A stretch of 63,085 nucleotides of DNA, filler included, from Sphacelaria rigidula (Eukaryota), in NCBI GenBank assembly GCA_964200075.2. It is 6 parts of 6 records of this genome, joined end to end, with 100 filler letters (N's around TTAATTAATTAA, not from the genome) between each part and the next. Parts side by side here need not be neighbours in the genome. Positions count along the whole stretch, not along the records: positions 42,127 to 52,556 come from CAXNAA020006507.1; positions 52,657 to 63,085 come from CAXNAA020006508.1; 4 more parts are not named here. One strand, written 5' to 3'. A model generated the notes under the pieces. It saw only the letters and a list, made by a program, of their open reading frames with translations. It ran no database searches and was not told where the DNA came from. Of the stretch, positions 48,701 to 62,988 are shown one piece after another. The position numbers and the translations under genes were made by a program. The stretch's first letter is position 1. Every line of letters begins with the position of its first letter.

Positions 48701-50512
48701 CGCAAGGTAGCTTGCATCGGTGCCTGGCACCCTGCTCGCGTCAGCTTCTCCGTGGCGCGCGCAGGACAGCACGGCTACCACCACCGGACAGAGGTCAGTT
48801 ACACGTCAACTTACAAACGTTCACATCCCGGGCAAGATGCTGTCGAAAAAGTGTACTACGTACATCATAACATGCTCTGTATTGCGATGGACCCAACAGA
48901 CAACACTGTACGCAGTACTATCCTGACAATAACTTGTCGTCGAGGATGTGCAAATTCGGTCGGTAATGAGTTGATGTGTTTCATCGTCGAAGTTCACGGA
49001 GCGCTCGGGTAGCGAAAATCATGACGTATACTTCGGTATTTGGTAAATGACCTCCGCACCTCAAAACGGTGTTTTTTTATTCAGCCCAGTTCCACCTTCT
49101 CATCTTCCGTACTCATTCATGTCTTGCTCCGGCAGATGAACAAGAAGATTTACCGCATCGGGAAGAAAGGTGACGTCGGCTCTGCCTCCACTGAGGCTGA
49201 TCTTACCGTCAAGCACATCACTCCGCTGGGTGGCTTCCCTCACTACGGGGAGGTACGTATCCGTCAAGGAGGCCTCGTTCGTCTAATTTAGAGCGGGCTG
49301 TAACAGTGTAATGTGTCATGCACTACCTACCCTTTCCGTTCCTCGGAGGGGGGCCCAAGATATCGATCAATCAACCGTCTTCCCCCGCGGTCAAGATTGA
49401 GTCGAGGTGACAAGGAAACATTAATGTACACTGACATTGTGTCGAGAGTTCATTTCTGTCGAGGCGACTCGTCGCCCGCATTGATGGATGGCGCTGGCAG
49501 CTTCACGAAGCGATACTCCCTGCTCAGTGGGAGTGTGGCTTTTCAGTGTTGGATGAAAGCCTTCGGGCCGAAGTCGAACCGCTGCCTAGATAAAACCCGA
49601 AAACCAGCCTTCACACACTCACCAAGCCTGAGCCACTCGCGTTGATGTGCTTGGCCTAACACTGCTGGACATTTCATGACTAGTATATAATCGATCCCCT
49701 CGGCGAGCTCGAGTGGAAAATGGTTCACATTGCTCGGCCTCAACTAAACCTCCGACAGAGGGAAGGTCGAGTGTTGTCACTCAATGTGGAATTAACACCG
49801 CTCATCCGCATCACCGTCGGAGTGCTGAAATATGTGGTGTGGATTGACTTCATGGACATCGTTGAAATGAATGGGGAGCAATCCACGACATCCCCCACTG
49901 AACCTCCCCGGGAAAGTTGATTGTTTACCGAGTACGTGTTACGACTCAACCGTCGCAGTTCGTGAGCCAACATTCTTGAGCAACACCGACGGCCTGCTAT
50001 GGCAAATCCTTGACCTCCACAGTTGTGATGTATCCCAGGTGAACGAGGACTGGCTGATGCTGAAGGGCTGCGTGATCGGGTGTAAGAAGAGATGTGTCAC
50101 CCTGCGCAAGTCTCTCATGAGCCACTCCCGCCGCATCCACCTCGAGGTATGTTTTCTTCTCCCCGGGCAAACGTTTCAAGAGTGTCTTGAAAAGAAATAC
50201 CGTGTGCCCAGATGTGTCATGTCTCCTCTCAGCCTTTGACCTAAGAAACGAAGCTGGAGTACGTGGACTTTCGTCATGAATGTCACTGCAGTTGCATACA
50301 TGATGTTTGTATGGCATTAAATGTCATGTTCGCCACTGAACACCCCATCGCTCATTTCCATCTCCTCACTTACATCGCTTGTTGCATCATTCCAGCAAGT
50401 GGAGCTCAAGTTCATCGACACATCTTCCAAGTACGGTCACGGCCGCTTCCAGACCAAGGAAGAAAAGGACAAGTACCTCGGTCCGCTGGCCTCCAAGCAG
50501 GCGGCGGTCTGA
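45742..50512 (+). CDS. RPL3: 60S ribosomal protein L3 (uL3), 390 aa; exons 45742-45891, 46465-46664, 47530-47674, 48196-48333, 48596-48793, 49136-49252, 50039-50146, 50396-50512
   Basis: All introns are GT-AG and the CDS is 1173 nt. Conserved motifs: [69 protein letters not shown]. Confidence 0.98.
47811..48043 (+). mobile_element. Near-full-length tRNA-derived SINE in RPL3 intron 3
   Basis: A box TGGCTCAGTTGG, B box GGATTCGATTCC, body CACCATGCCCAACAGTGG shared with the 42127-42246 copy, and an oligo-A end. Confidence 0.8.
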
Positions 50513-52489
50513 GTGCCGTTGCGGGAGCGACTCCCCGTGTGAAACGGCACTTCCCCGAGCTTGGTCGAATATGCTTGAACAATTCCCGATTGTGGCCAAC
50601 GGTGGAACGTGTCGGCTAGTCGGTAACACTCCAGCTTGTTGGTGTCGGCAGAAAAGTGATGCTACTCGCTGCTTGGTGTGCTGCAGGGGATAGGCCGTCT
50701 CTTACCGGGTGGTACTTGAGAGAGCGTGTTACTCGGCGAGTACCTTTGTCTCTGTGCGTGCGGCAAAGGTCTCGTCCTCTGCTTTTCGTGAGGAAGAAAT
50801 GATATATGCCCACGTGGCGCCTCTTTTCGTCTCCGGTGCGGTCCGTCATGATGGAACTAGTCAGTGGAGATGGAAGAAGCGGTGCAGGGTATAGTTGATG
50901 CTCGTGCAAAGATTACGAAAAATGGTTTCGAAAAGATGACTTGAAAAGCAAGCTGAGTTACACACACAGGCGATCTCGCCGGTGGCATTATAGTACATGG
51001 TACTCAACTATCAATCACATAACGCGGGCATGTCGAAATGCTTGGTAGCTTTCGGCACGGGAGACGATACGCGAGGCGTACCGCACTGACCAAGGCGTTT
51101 TGTAATTCAAATGAAGAGCAAGTGCGTCGGGCTCCGGCGCGGAATGACTCTCCAGTGCACCGATGATGTCAGGGCCGGATTGAACATGAGAATTTCCGTC
51201 CGCGGCTCAGCTGTCATGTCATCTCGGGTGCCAATGTAGCACCAGAAATAGTGGTGTATTTCGTGCGGACCATAACGTACTTGGACGATTCAACATGCAT
51301 CTCCACACGTGAAAAGTATTTTGAGGTCGCCAATAGCGATCAGGAGGAGGACTTCGTATGAGTGTGCACCTGGTCCAGGAGGATTTCGACACATTGAAAT
51401 GGTTGGTCATGTACGTGATTGCACAGTTTCTTCGCGTCCTCGGGTGGTTTCAGTTGCATTTTCTTACCTAACAAGCGTTTTATCGCAAAAGCTGCCGGGT
51501 TAGTCGATCTTGATGCTTTGGGCGCTCGTGGATCCAAATTCGTGAAAGCCAACCTTCGCATCGGCGCAGTGTTTCATGCTCTTGAAACGACAGTTTGCGG
51601 CTCCACGACCAATGCGGCACCCGATTACGTGTCGAGGGCTGGCAGTTGTTTGAAACTTGAGGTTCTCACCCCCCAACTATGCCGTATCCCATGTGAAAAC
51701 CCCGGTCAACCAACAGTGCGGAGATGTGTCGTAACCGCCTCAACCAGCAGAGAAGGTAATCCCTAGAGGAGGGGTTGAATTCATCTTGTTGACCTATTTT
51801 CCAACTACTCGCCACTGAGGACGCGAATATCCCCGAGCAGGGCTTTGACGCGTCCCCGTGAGCATGCTCCAGTGACGAAAAAAGGATATACGGTGACGAA
51901 ATGAATGACAAAAATCATTCTCTATCAGCCCTCTACCCTCAATCTCACGTGAACTTTGTACGAAATTCTCGTCGAACTACGTCGTTCAAATCTGGAACCC
52001 ATCAGTGGTGTCACTGGCGGTGGAACGGAGGTGATCTGTGGATACGAAGATTTTAATCCTCCGGGTTCTCATCCTTGATGAAGAGCTCCATCCTCAACAT
52101 GAATGATCGGCTGTTTATAGATGTGGCAGTGGGAAGGAATAACGGGTATCGATGGAACTATTCCATACGTTGTAAATTATACCCGTGCACTTGTTAATTC
52201 ACTCCTTTACACAAACAGCCGATCATCCATGGTGAGAATGGAGCTTTTCATTGAGATGAGAACCCGGAGGAATAAAATCTTCGTATCCACACTAGATCTT
52301 CCAAATATGGTGTATCTTCACCTACTTGTGGCTAATAACAACTGCTAAATCGCCAAAATTCCCCGAAATTGGATTTTCCCGCAGGATCTCAAAATTTCGG
52401 TTATTGACATGTAAACTTCTAGGACATGTAGCAGTTGTAATTAGCTACCAGTAGGAAAAGAAATTGAACCATATTTCGAAGATTCAGTG

Positions 52490-52556
52490 TGGGTGTGGGA
52501 CGGAGGGGAGGTCCCGCAGGAGTGGAAAGATGCAACGATTAAGGTGCTGTACAAAA
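52490..52556 (+). mobile_element. Short LINE (RTE-like) RT fragment at contig end
   Basis: Translates as VWDGGEVPQEWKDATIKVLYK. Confidence 0.7.
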
Positions 52557-53840
52557 NNNNNNNNNNNNNNNNNNNNNNNNNNNNNNNNNNNNNNNNNNNN
52601 TTAATTAATTAANNNNNNNNNNNNNNNNNNNNNNNNNNNNNNNNNNNNNNNNNNNNGACGTAGTCAGTCCATTGCAACAAAAGATCCCCTCTTTCAGGAA
52701 AAACCGATCAGTGCCCGAAACAGTTTCAGTTCCGAAATGCCCCCACATGCGTAAAAATGCTTTGTGCGGTATCTCACCAACCAGACCGCCGAATTCCTCG
52801 AATGGGGTACTGTACGGTAGCTGAATGCACAGCACGTGTGCTCAAGCAAACAAAAAGAAAAAAAATGCCTGTTAGGAACGCTAGAGCATCCACTCTGAAT
52901 CTGAAAATGCCCTCTGAATCTCACGAATATAGTGTTTTTCATGGAATTTGTGGATGCAGCTACCCTCAACGCTAGGCGGCGAGGGTAACGTTTCCCCATG
53001 TAAATACTTCTCGTCAAGATACGTGCAAAGACGTTCCTGATAGGGGAGGTGATGCGAGAACGATATACACACAGTCAAGGATAGCGTGCGTGTATGTGAG
53101 ACGTGCATACCCGAGTGCAGGGGAGAAGATATCAAGATTGGATCATGATGAAGGAATTACGGATTGAAGGACTGATTTTCTATACAGGATTGCACCGTGA
53201 CCCGAACTAAGGTATACGCGATATCATGCATGCTGAACAAATCCGGGGAACGGGCAAGATTTGAGATGTGGTTCCAAGTGTCACAGAGTTTGATTATGTC
53301 AACAATCTCCACCTGTTCAGTTGTTGTTGTTATCGATGTTGGTTGCTTGCTGGTTACTGCACAATGTGTGCCGACGTGCGAATGCGTGTAAAACGAAGAT
53401 ATAACAATAATACATGCTTTGTCGACAGTGGCCTGGAACGGCCGAACGTTTATCCCGACGACGCACCCGAAGCACGTAAACTCCGATCACCACATGAACA
53501 AGAATACATTGCCACGGTGTCCGTCGAGTCTTATACTACACTCTCAGTTCTATCTGTAGTCTCTGTTTCACGGCTGGATCCGTGAGGAATCAGGCTATGT
53601 GCGACAGCAAATGAGCTCCCACGACTGGATCTGTGGGGGATCAGGCAATGTACGACAATCGAGTACTCGACCACACGAAGCAACCCTCGGGGTGGTGATC
53701 CGAGCAGTGCAGTTCACGAAGAGATGCGCCGACTGACGCATTTCAAACACGCGGGGGCCTTGATAGCAAAACACAAGTATCATGAAAACCAGATTACGAA
53801 CAGCGATAGTGCCTTTTTCGTTTTGGGGGGAAATTTTCAC

Positions 53841-56800
53841 CTCATACTCCCACAGGAGGCCTCCGTCAGCGTCCAGTTTGACAGCGTAGTTGATTTTGTT
53901 TTCCAGGTAATAATAGCCCGCTGCAATGATGGCGTCATCCTCTGCAGTAGCCAAACCATCGAATGCGTTGGAGTAACCGTTGCTGCTCGTCCACCGCCAC
54001 TGCTCCTCCCCGACATCATTTAGCTTGATGACAAAAGACGTATTGGTTGTGCCGGTGATGGTGTCTCCAACGCTCCCACCCAAATACACACTTCCGTCGT
54101 CTCCAGTGACGGCAGCATTAAACAAGTCAACGCCAACATCCCCGTCCTGCGGCACGAACGACCAAGGCACCGTCGGGGACGAACGGGGAGTTCCCGGATA
54201 TGTCAGCAAACGCTCAGCAAAATCAACGAGCCACCAGGTGATCCCGTAGAAAAGACCGGGTCAAGTTTCCAGGTCGCCTTTCCCAAGACCGGGCACGCGA
54301 CTGTTTCAGTCAATGGCATTTCCATACGTTCACGTGTTTGTATTCCGATACAGGCAACAACTGGCTGTCGCCAAAATATTATGGTATTGCTGGATCCGCC
54401 GTTCCAACTCGTATGGAATACTGACTGGTTCAGGAAGAATCCTCGAACGATTTCCCCCACTAGATGCGAAACGCACAACTGACCCGATAGTAACATATTT
54501 GGTACCGCATATGCCCCAACGAGCAAGCGAGCAGTGTGGCACCACCACAGTACTTTCCCCCGTCCTTTGCCGTGGAGCTGGTGGTGAATCTATTTCTTGG
54601 TCAATAAGAAGCTTCAAAGTTGCTCTGCACTGCAAATAATTTTGAATTCACGACACGTCTTGTACCCAACTTATCACGAATCTACACGCAGTCACCGCCA
54701 TCCACTAGGGAATCTAACGCAACAAAACACATTTGAAGCAGTTCGTTTGGGATCGAGTTGTACCCCAAAACACGGTTTTTCGGTGATGCGAGGGGATTCG
54801 TCGAGTTTCTACCTCAAGCACGCATCGAAGACCCAGAAAGCCTGGCAACTACCGTAGGAGAAAAGCGCTGATCATTCTCGAAGTTGACAGCTCGCTAGAT
54901 ATGGGTGCTACAGATGTAACACAAGTCGGGGGAAAATATTTCGATGTGTAGCGGCTTGCGGGGATGCCAGCGTGAAGATCCGAGATTGACCAAAAAAAAT
55001 GTTTTGTTGCGCAACTAGAAAAGTTAATACCTCACGGTCGATGCAAGCTGAAGCGCACAAGGGACACGTCGGTAGCATACCCTAATCGACCTTTGGAAGG
55101 TATTCCGCGTATGTTGGTATGGTTTGACGCACACACGGGCGATTTCTCACACGGATTCTTCAGTTGGACAACCTGAAAAAGGCGGTGTAGATATCCCAGA
55201 GCACCCATGTGCAATTCTTCAGGATCTAGCTCGAAAAAGAATGCCTCATCACTTCTGAAAATATGGCAGTTTTCGCGTACAAACCAACATGAACGCGAAT
55301 ATCTGTCAGATCTATCCCGTTTCACGTGTAGCCCTTCGTTCCTATGAAAGAAGGACTCGCGACGGCTGTCCGTTCCTTCTCCGTGAGACCTGCTTGAACC
55401 GCTCAAACCAAGTCTCAGCTCACCGACTCTCGAAATGTACAGCAGTTGTGAGATAGTGTTCTCACGACAATGCACCCACGATGATAACAAATTGATGCAC
55501 GGTGGTGTTCATACGGAAGTTTGTACACTCGGCGCAAGCCTGCAAAAGAGACGCGCCACATCCCAAGCACAGCATGCTCCTACAAAAACACCTCAGTTGG
55601 CTTCGTGGGCCTAGGTAGAGAGCGAAAATAATCCCCAACGGTTATCGCCGTCGATAAATCCACGTAATATTCCTCGACCAACTACTTTCTGCACCCCATC
55701 ACACTTGAGCTGCTCTCGGCAACAGTGATTTTGGGGAGGCAGAGTATCGACCGAGACATTAATTGAGAGCCGTTGAAATGCTCGAGGCGTGCTCACGGAC
55801 AAGCTTCCTCCTGAGCTGGCCTCGGGTTTTTGTGGTGTAGCCTACTTGTTGAGCGTTTACCGTGTTGTGGGCGGAGTTTGCCCAACTAGTTGTTCACAAT
55901 TGATAGTGAAGCTGGAGGAGTGGTGTTATGGAGTAGCTACTTTCATCCGCCAGCACGACTCTGCGAGGCTCACAGGTGGCAATGCAATCGTGAGGTCAAG
56001 ATTATGACCTGTCCTCCAGACACTGGACCATTTCAAACACTCACCAGCTGGCGAGACTGGCTGCACAGCCGATGCACCCCAGACAAACATTGAAGCCCTC
56101 TTTCGTACGTAGAATATTCTCTCTACTTCGTCGAAAGCATGAACATCCTGGGCGTTTACACGCAGTCTCTTCGAAAACAGTCAATTGACGAAATCGGGGC
56201 CCGTTGTTTACGTGTCTCCCACGAGAAGGTTTTCAAGACGCAACGATTTGCCACAAGTGACGGCTTCACCCTTCGTTGAGGGTGGGTAGGCTGAATAGTC
56301 CGTCGTTCAGGTCAACACTGCAGGGAACTGGAACGTAGGGAACCGGAACGTATGGGCCAGGATGGAAGAGGTGGTCACGGCCCTAAATCTCACGAGTATT
56401 TTTCTGTTGTATTCCTACCACGACCAAGGGTGCTTTCCTAAACCTGCGCTTGATTTTGTACCCTATTCCGTCCCAAATTGACGGAGTCACGTCACTCAGT
56501 ATCCCACAGCACGTTGCTGTGCATGAATGTTTGACCCGTCGAGCGGAGGAACGGAAAGAACAGGCCAGCTCGTAGACTCATCGACTTCGACCTCACCAAT
56601 CCCCATTTCGGACGTACTTGAAGTGAAAGTGTGAGCGCACAGTGGGCACATGCTGTATGCTTTGACGTGTGCGGGCAGGACAGCAAATAAATGATGTTCA
56701 TATGTTTGTGGTGGCTTCTCTGATGTTGAAACAGCGGGAGCTCCTTGCCCTGCTTTCTACTCAAGAAGTGGACGGAATCTAGCAACGTCAAGCAACGTCA

Positions 56801-59286
56801 AGACACCTACAAGGGAGAGCACTTTTGCCGCAGATTTCTCGACATCACACGCGACGATGCCGACACCATCCCCCTAGTGTGAGAGACATGCATATCCCGG
56901 AAAGGGACGAGTATCCCTCAGCAAAGTACGGAATGACATGCATCCCTCATGGGAACATAGTTTCCAAGTTCGGCTGCGATATATTTCACCTGCCATGCCC
57001 ACAGCAGTTCTCCGCCAGCGTCCAATTTTAACGCAGCGAAGTCAGCATCTCCTGCATTATCGTTGCTCCAGTTGCCGAACGTCCAGCCAGCGAAGACCAT
57101 AGAGCCGTCATACTCGTTTACCGTGACTGCTCTCAAAAACTCTTCTTTGAGGGTTCCATTCTGTCGCGACAAGGAATAATTGACATACGAAACCAACATT
57201 TATCTACACGGGAAGGCATATACATCAGCGTCAATGTTGTTTCGCTGTTGAACAAAGCAACGGAGTTTTAATGTGGTGCTTGTGCACGGCAAATGAGCCA
57301 GAAATGAGTGCACCTCGCAGGTGCCTTAGATTTGGCGTTCGATGCGTGCTTCCTTGCCGTCAGCTGTAGTACTTAGGTAAGGATCATCCTCATGATCCTG
57401 ATGAACAGCCCAGTAGCGGCATTGGTCACGGAGGCTTGATCGTGGGTTTGGAGATGAAGCATCAGTTAGCCCGCGCTGAATATATGCTGAAGATGCCCGT
57501 ACCGCAACTTAGCGGCGGATCTTTCCTTATACACACAGGGGTGAACCGCGCCGTCACTCGGCAACATCCACAATCCGAAAGCAACAGAGAGACTTTTACT
57601 GCTAGCTTTTGATGTTCGGGTGTTTACATCGACCGTTACTGGCATGCTCACCTGCCGTCGCCAAACAACTTCCCCGTCCTCGTCCAATCCTGTGGCAACG
57701 AAATCAGCTTTGCCTTGCTGTGCATCACCCCATAGGCCCCAGCTGTATTCCACCAACACGACAGATCCATTGCTGCCTATGGCTGAGGCAAATATGTTAT
57801 CTAACTCGTCCGTGCCGCCCTACGTCCAATAACATTAGTAGGGCACCCGTGCGTGATCTTCAGGAGCAAGCAGGCGGAGTAGGTCAGCTCGGAGCGTGAC
57901 TTCGAGTCGTCGTGGCAGCGGCTGTATCATTGTGAAGAAATGGGCGCCTACGACTCTTCTGACTAGCGGTAAAGAATGCGAATGTTTGGGTGAGAGGCAT
58001 CGTTTCCACAGTTCTTCGAGATGCTCGGACCACCCCGCTTACGCAGTTGGTGTCGGTTGGCGATGACGCTGGAAAGCTCATCACTCACCACGTAAGCTAG
58101 GCAGCAAGTTTACCCATTTTTTCGCACGTTTGCCATCTTTTTTGCTGTCACCATTGAATAGTGTTTTCGTGAGATTGAGGTAGAAGATACGATGAAGATT
58201 GAAACGATGTCAACTAGAGAATGAATCGTTTCAATTCCGAAATGCCCCTCCCCGAAGCCCAATATGCTTTCCGTAGTAGCTTGCCACTGAGACCCTTGAT
58301 ATCCCGGAGTAAGATATCAGCGAGTAGCTGAAAGCACACTGAGGCGAAGAAAAGCACACCGGAATGAGAAATTGGCTGAGTTACATAGAATATTGTGCGG
58401 GGTGGGAGAACTTCAACTCCGCGCAAAGGAGATGATCGTACAACGGACTGTTGAAATGGTGAGACACTTATGAGGCAGTTTGTAATAAGCCGTGGCTGTA
58501 TCCGGAAGTGGCGATACCAGAAGATGAAGCAACGCATTAGAAGCTTCGGGCGAGACGATATTAGCAGGATTCAGTTCACCCTTTATGCGACTCGCCGAGC
58601 GAACCACAGTGCTTCGCGCTTGGTGATTGACTGCGAGCCCGGTCCTACCGGTTTTGGGAGGACGCGAGGTCAATGGTCAGATGACCTATGGTATACAAGA
58701 TCATAAGTAGACCTCTCCATGATCTCGCATGCTTGCAAAGCCGAGACATAGACGTGAAGTCAAGAAACTAATCATTTTTCTTTTGTTTGCCATCAACACA
58801 GCCTAGATATAGACATGAAATGACGAAGCAAACCATCCCTTTTTATTCGCCTACCGTAACACAGCCAGGAGATAGGCCCAGCATGCATAACTAATGGAAC
58901 AACGAACGTAAGACGTAGTCCACGGGTAAACGGGGTGGGGGGTGGGCGAGATTTTTATGTCAATTACACTCTGTGCGTGCACTCAACTTCCAGGGAAAAA
59001 AATAATTTACACTTGTCCTTCACAGGCACCAAATGCAAGGTCGCTGCTGCTCGAGCCGCCGGTACTTGCTCCTAATGCGAACCATTGCATCAGGTGCGCC
59101 ATCTCACCTGCCAGGCCCACAGGACTTCCCGTCGGCATCGAGCTTCACTGCTGCGAAGTCTCGATTATAGGTTTCAGAGTTGTTGACCCAACCTTCAAAC
59201 GTTGTACCAGCCACGATGGCGCAGCCGTCGGAAGAATTTACGACGACAGCGTGGGCTTGGTCACCCATATAGTCTCGATCCACGCC
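53841..59286 (-). CDS. Beta-propeller repeat protein (SBBP/PQQ-like blades); exons 59286-59108 (frameshifted), 57819-57652, 57160-56990, 54146-53841; partial
   Basis: Each exon encodes G..E.D....A....DGSV...G.T.G.W.....G..DF.A.KLD..G..LW.WQ and is bounded by AG/GT. The three intact exons are phase 0-0. Confidence 0.75.
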
Positions 59287-62200
59287 CTGAGAGATATGAT
59301 TTACAACATGCGGGTGTTGAGATTGAGTGAGGCTTGTGAGAGGCTGGAAGCTCTCTGGTGATCACTCTGTCCGGTCATGGCGAGACGGACGATATAGCAC
59401 ATCATTTGTCCAGAAAGCGAACAGTTTACCCATTGAACCAGCGAGCACTCACTGGTTTATTGCAGTGTGACATGATGCATGATGGCGCAGTCGGTATTGC
59501 TACAACAGTGAACAGTGTGCGAGGAATGTCTAGCGGTGCAGTGCCCTACATCACTGCAAGTGCAGCGACGACAGAGTCGGGAGTATAGTGCCGTTCGTTG
59601 TGCGATACTTACTATCCCCGCAGGGTAAGACGTCTAAACTTCTCAGACACTTCTCGAAGTCCGTGCCAAGCTGCTCGAGTAGCCGGCGCGAGCAGATACG
59701 ACCTGTACTATCACGAGACTGTCTGCTGCTGCGGTTTACACGAGTTGGCTCTTTGTTCTGTACATTCTGTGCCGGATGAGTTATAGATGATGACTTATTG
59801 CTGCAAAATCTGGCCGGGTGCGCAGGTAAACGCTTTGCTACACCATGCGGCAACCTTTTGAAGTTGGAGACCTTGCGGGCGACCCTGTGGCGCCCCCCAC
59901 AAGGTCCAAAACTCTCTGACAACCCTCTACGATGTGCGCGGTTGTCGACGTTTGCTTCACACAGTAATTTATGGGGGTGAGCACCAATACAGGGTCTTGG
60001 CACAGCAACTCACGGGTGTTACGCCGGGGAATTTCTTCTTTTTTAATAGTTTTTTCAACGCCTCCGCAAAAAACGGTGAAAAACGGTGGATGATGCCATA
60101 TATCCCGATTTCGGAAGGACGGTTCGCACCTGCTGTGAATGCAGCAGTGGCCCAGACAGCGGTGCCCAGGCGGAAGGATCTCACGCGTGGACGATCAAGG
60201 TATGTTGATATACAGACAGGCAGTTCCTCTTGCAAATAGCAACGGAAGCAGGGCATGCAACGAGTCAGGGCAGAATCCGTGCAGCTCAGGATGAACACCA
60301 CCTCCCCTCTGGAACCTGACCTCCGGTGTCACGGGAGAGCACGGCGCTTGCGTAACACCGGTGGGAGGTATACAGGAAAATTTTTCACCATGTAAACAAA
60401 GAAATAACTTTTTCTTGCAAAAGGATTCACTTCAATCCAACGGTGTCACAAAATACACGGCGTGACTGAAGTTCGAAAATTTTTAATTTTGCTCAACAAC
60501 ACCAGCACATAAGTCCAGTAGAGAGCCATTTCGTGTGGTATGAAGGCTCTTCACCCCAGTACAGTACAAGCCCGTGCAGAACAACTGGGTGCAGTGAAGT
60601 GCAATGCAGCACACACTGTTGTACAATCTGTGAAGTGTAGTGCTCGGACATCAACAACAATATGTACAGCACTTCTGTAGTGCGTATATAAATATTCACG
60701 ATGTGCGACATGCAGCCGTGGGTAATGTGAAATCATGTCGCTTAGGTAGTCGATAAAGGATGCTATTAATCCCACCTGGTGCCTTTTTTTTGCGCGCCGA
60801 GTGTATGTTGGGAACCTTCATCCGTGTTCCAACGACCCCCCAATGTCGAGCGAGATCATCCGAGTATACGTCGACATAGAGTTCGAGTTTTGACGTTGGA
60901 CGGTACGACAGTACGACGATCGCATGCAGTGACCATGAGATATGGGTGCGGAAAATACTCCGTTCTCATTGGATGATTGAAGAAACTTGGGATCAAGAGA
61001 ATTGACGTACAATCCTACAAACATTCACTCCACGGTACATTCGCTACTCGCAGATGTGGAGGATCCCGAAGAGTAACAGCTAGGGCGCAACATCTGGAGC
61101 AATTCTGCGACGCCGGCCGGGGCAGACCAATCGTGAGATTTTGCACCGCAATCGATTTCGAGGTAAGAGCACCGCAACACCCTTGATGCACTAATGCCGC
61201 GCAAATTGAAGTGCCGCAGACCCCGCGCACCTGATCGCTTTCCCCATGTTCCCGCTGATGATTGTGAGTTTTGAACAAAACTGTGGATGCCCACCTGTGG
61301 GGATAACATCCGTTCGCATGAATCCCCGACTCTCACAATAGCAAAATCAAAAAGACCTCACTGTTGACACACTGTGCCTGTTTATCTTTGTCTCGTCTCG
61401 TCCGAACAGGTGCCACATCCGCGGTTGAAAGCAGATCTCCACTTACGCACTCTAAACGTACAGCGTCGGCGGAAGATGTGAGGGACATTGCCGAGGGTTA
61501 CGCCGGCGAATGGGGCTCAGCGCCAAAGTGACTGAGCCACCCTCCGTACGGAAGCGATACGGCGACTGTGTTGTTCAGTGCCTCGGAAGCGTCCATCGCG
61601 TCCGCTGATGGCGCATTAGTAGAACTCCAGGGGTCGGAGGGACTTAACGACCGTCCAAACGCAAAACCTAACAATTTTCAATCTCGATTACGGCGGGGTC
61701 GGAAAACAATCTACGGGAGGTATGGCCATGGAATCCGCCGACAGTACCTCTCGACGAAGTAGGTAACATCCCCCGCAAGATCGGGAGNNNNNNNNNNCGG
61801 GAGAGCTGATGACGTTAGACTCGTGGGGGTGCAGAATTTAACTCCGCCAACCAAGGCGCGGAAAAGACTTACCCTACCCAACTCCGGCAGAGTCATCCAC
61901 CTGCATGCTCACGCACGTACATCGTGGCGGAAGAGGACCGCGACGAATCACCCGGAGGTTGACAGCGCATTCGGAACATCGCATGGACACGGAGAGCTGC
62001 GTTGCAGCAAAGAAACGGCGTAGAGGAAGCTCAGGTGCTGGCAAGACCCTCTTCCGAAGAAGCGCGCACATATCGGCATCCCCACTCAACGCAGGGTTAG
62101 GTCCTCCTCGAGGGTCTCGGGGAGGAGTTTCGACGCCGTCGGGACACCGTAAGAAGCGACAAGGCTCACCGTACACCTCGCAACCAACTCCTGCAGGAGC

Positions 62201-62750
62201 ATCAGCGTCAAAATCGAAGCGGAAGGAAAAACAGGCTACTTAGATTGCCACCCCTGGGGTTGACCCGGGCCGGGTGGAAGGTGTCGGTAGTTCATCTTTG
62301 GCGGACTCAGAACAAGAAGAGCAGGTAGCGCCGGTGCCAACGCACGGAGCTTCCAGCCAGGTGATGAGGCACCCCGACCGCCAGACACCACACCCCGGTA
62401 CTAATGGTCGTAAACATCGCGCGCGCGGTGAAAGAGGGAGTATGTCAACGTGGGGCAGTAGTTCTCAATCTCTCCCCCGAAATTGTGCCAGCTGCACGAG
62501 TGAGCATGACGCGTCGGCAGGGTGTAACCCGATTGGTGGTATGAGGGAGCGTAGAAGACGTAAGTGGGTCTGCGATGGCGTTGTGTGTGACATCCAGTTC
62601 CCCGTCGTCGACGACGGATGCAACACGTACTCCTCTTGCGATCAAATACACGACCCTAGATCGCGACTGTACTTCGTCTACCATCAACCAGGATCCACCG
62701 AAGGCAATACTTGGCGTCATCTTGACGCGGCACGATCATCAGAGGCTCGG

Positions 62751-62988
62751 CTGGATCTGGAGTCGTGCGCAGATGGTGACGGTCTACGAATGGCTGCGCT
62801 TCTGCACAACCACCAACCTACTACCTTTTGCTTGTGCAGTCGGCATGATTGTTTGTGGCGCTCCCTTTACCGACACTGGATCTGGAGTCGTGTGCAGATG
62901 ATGATGGTCTACGAATGGCTGCGCTTCTGCACAACCACCAACCTACCACCGTTTGCTTGTGCAGTCGGCATGATCGTTTGTGGCGCTC
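62751..62988. repeat. Tandem duplication of 113 bp, period 125
   Basis: Copies at 62751-62863 and 62876-62988 are nearly identical. Confidence 0.9.

Noticed and set aside
45892-50395. Intronic box C/D snoRNAs in RPL3
   Set aside because: No convincing RTGATGA...CTGA pair with a terminal stem. 48508 has a C-like box without a D box, and 49535-49638 has a stem and D box without a well-placed C box. An Rfam or snoscan run would settle it.
60940-61060. Integrase-like peptide LKKLGIKRIDVQSYKHSLHG
   Set aside because: A single weak motif with no supporting flanking domains.
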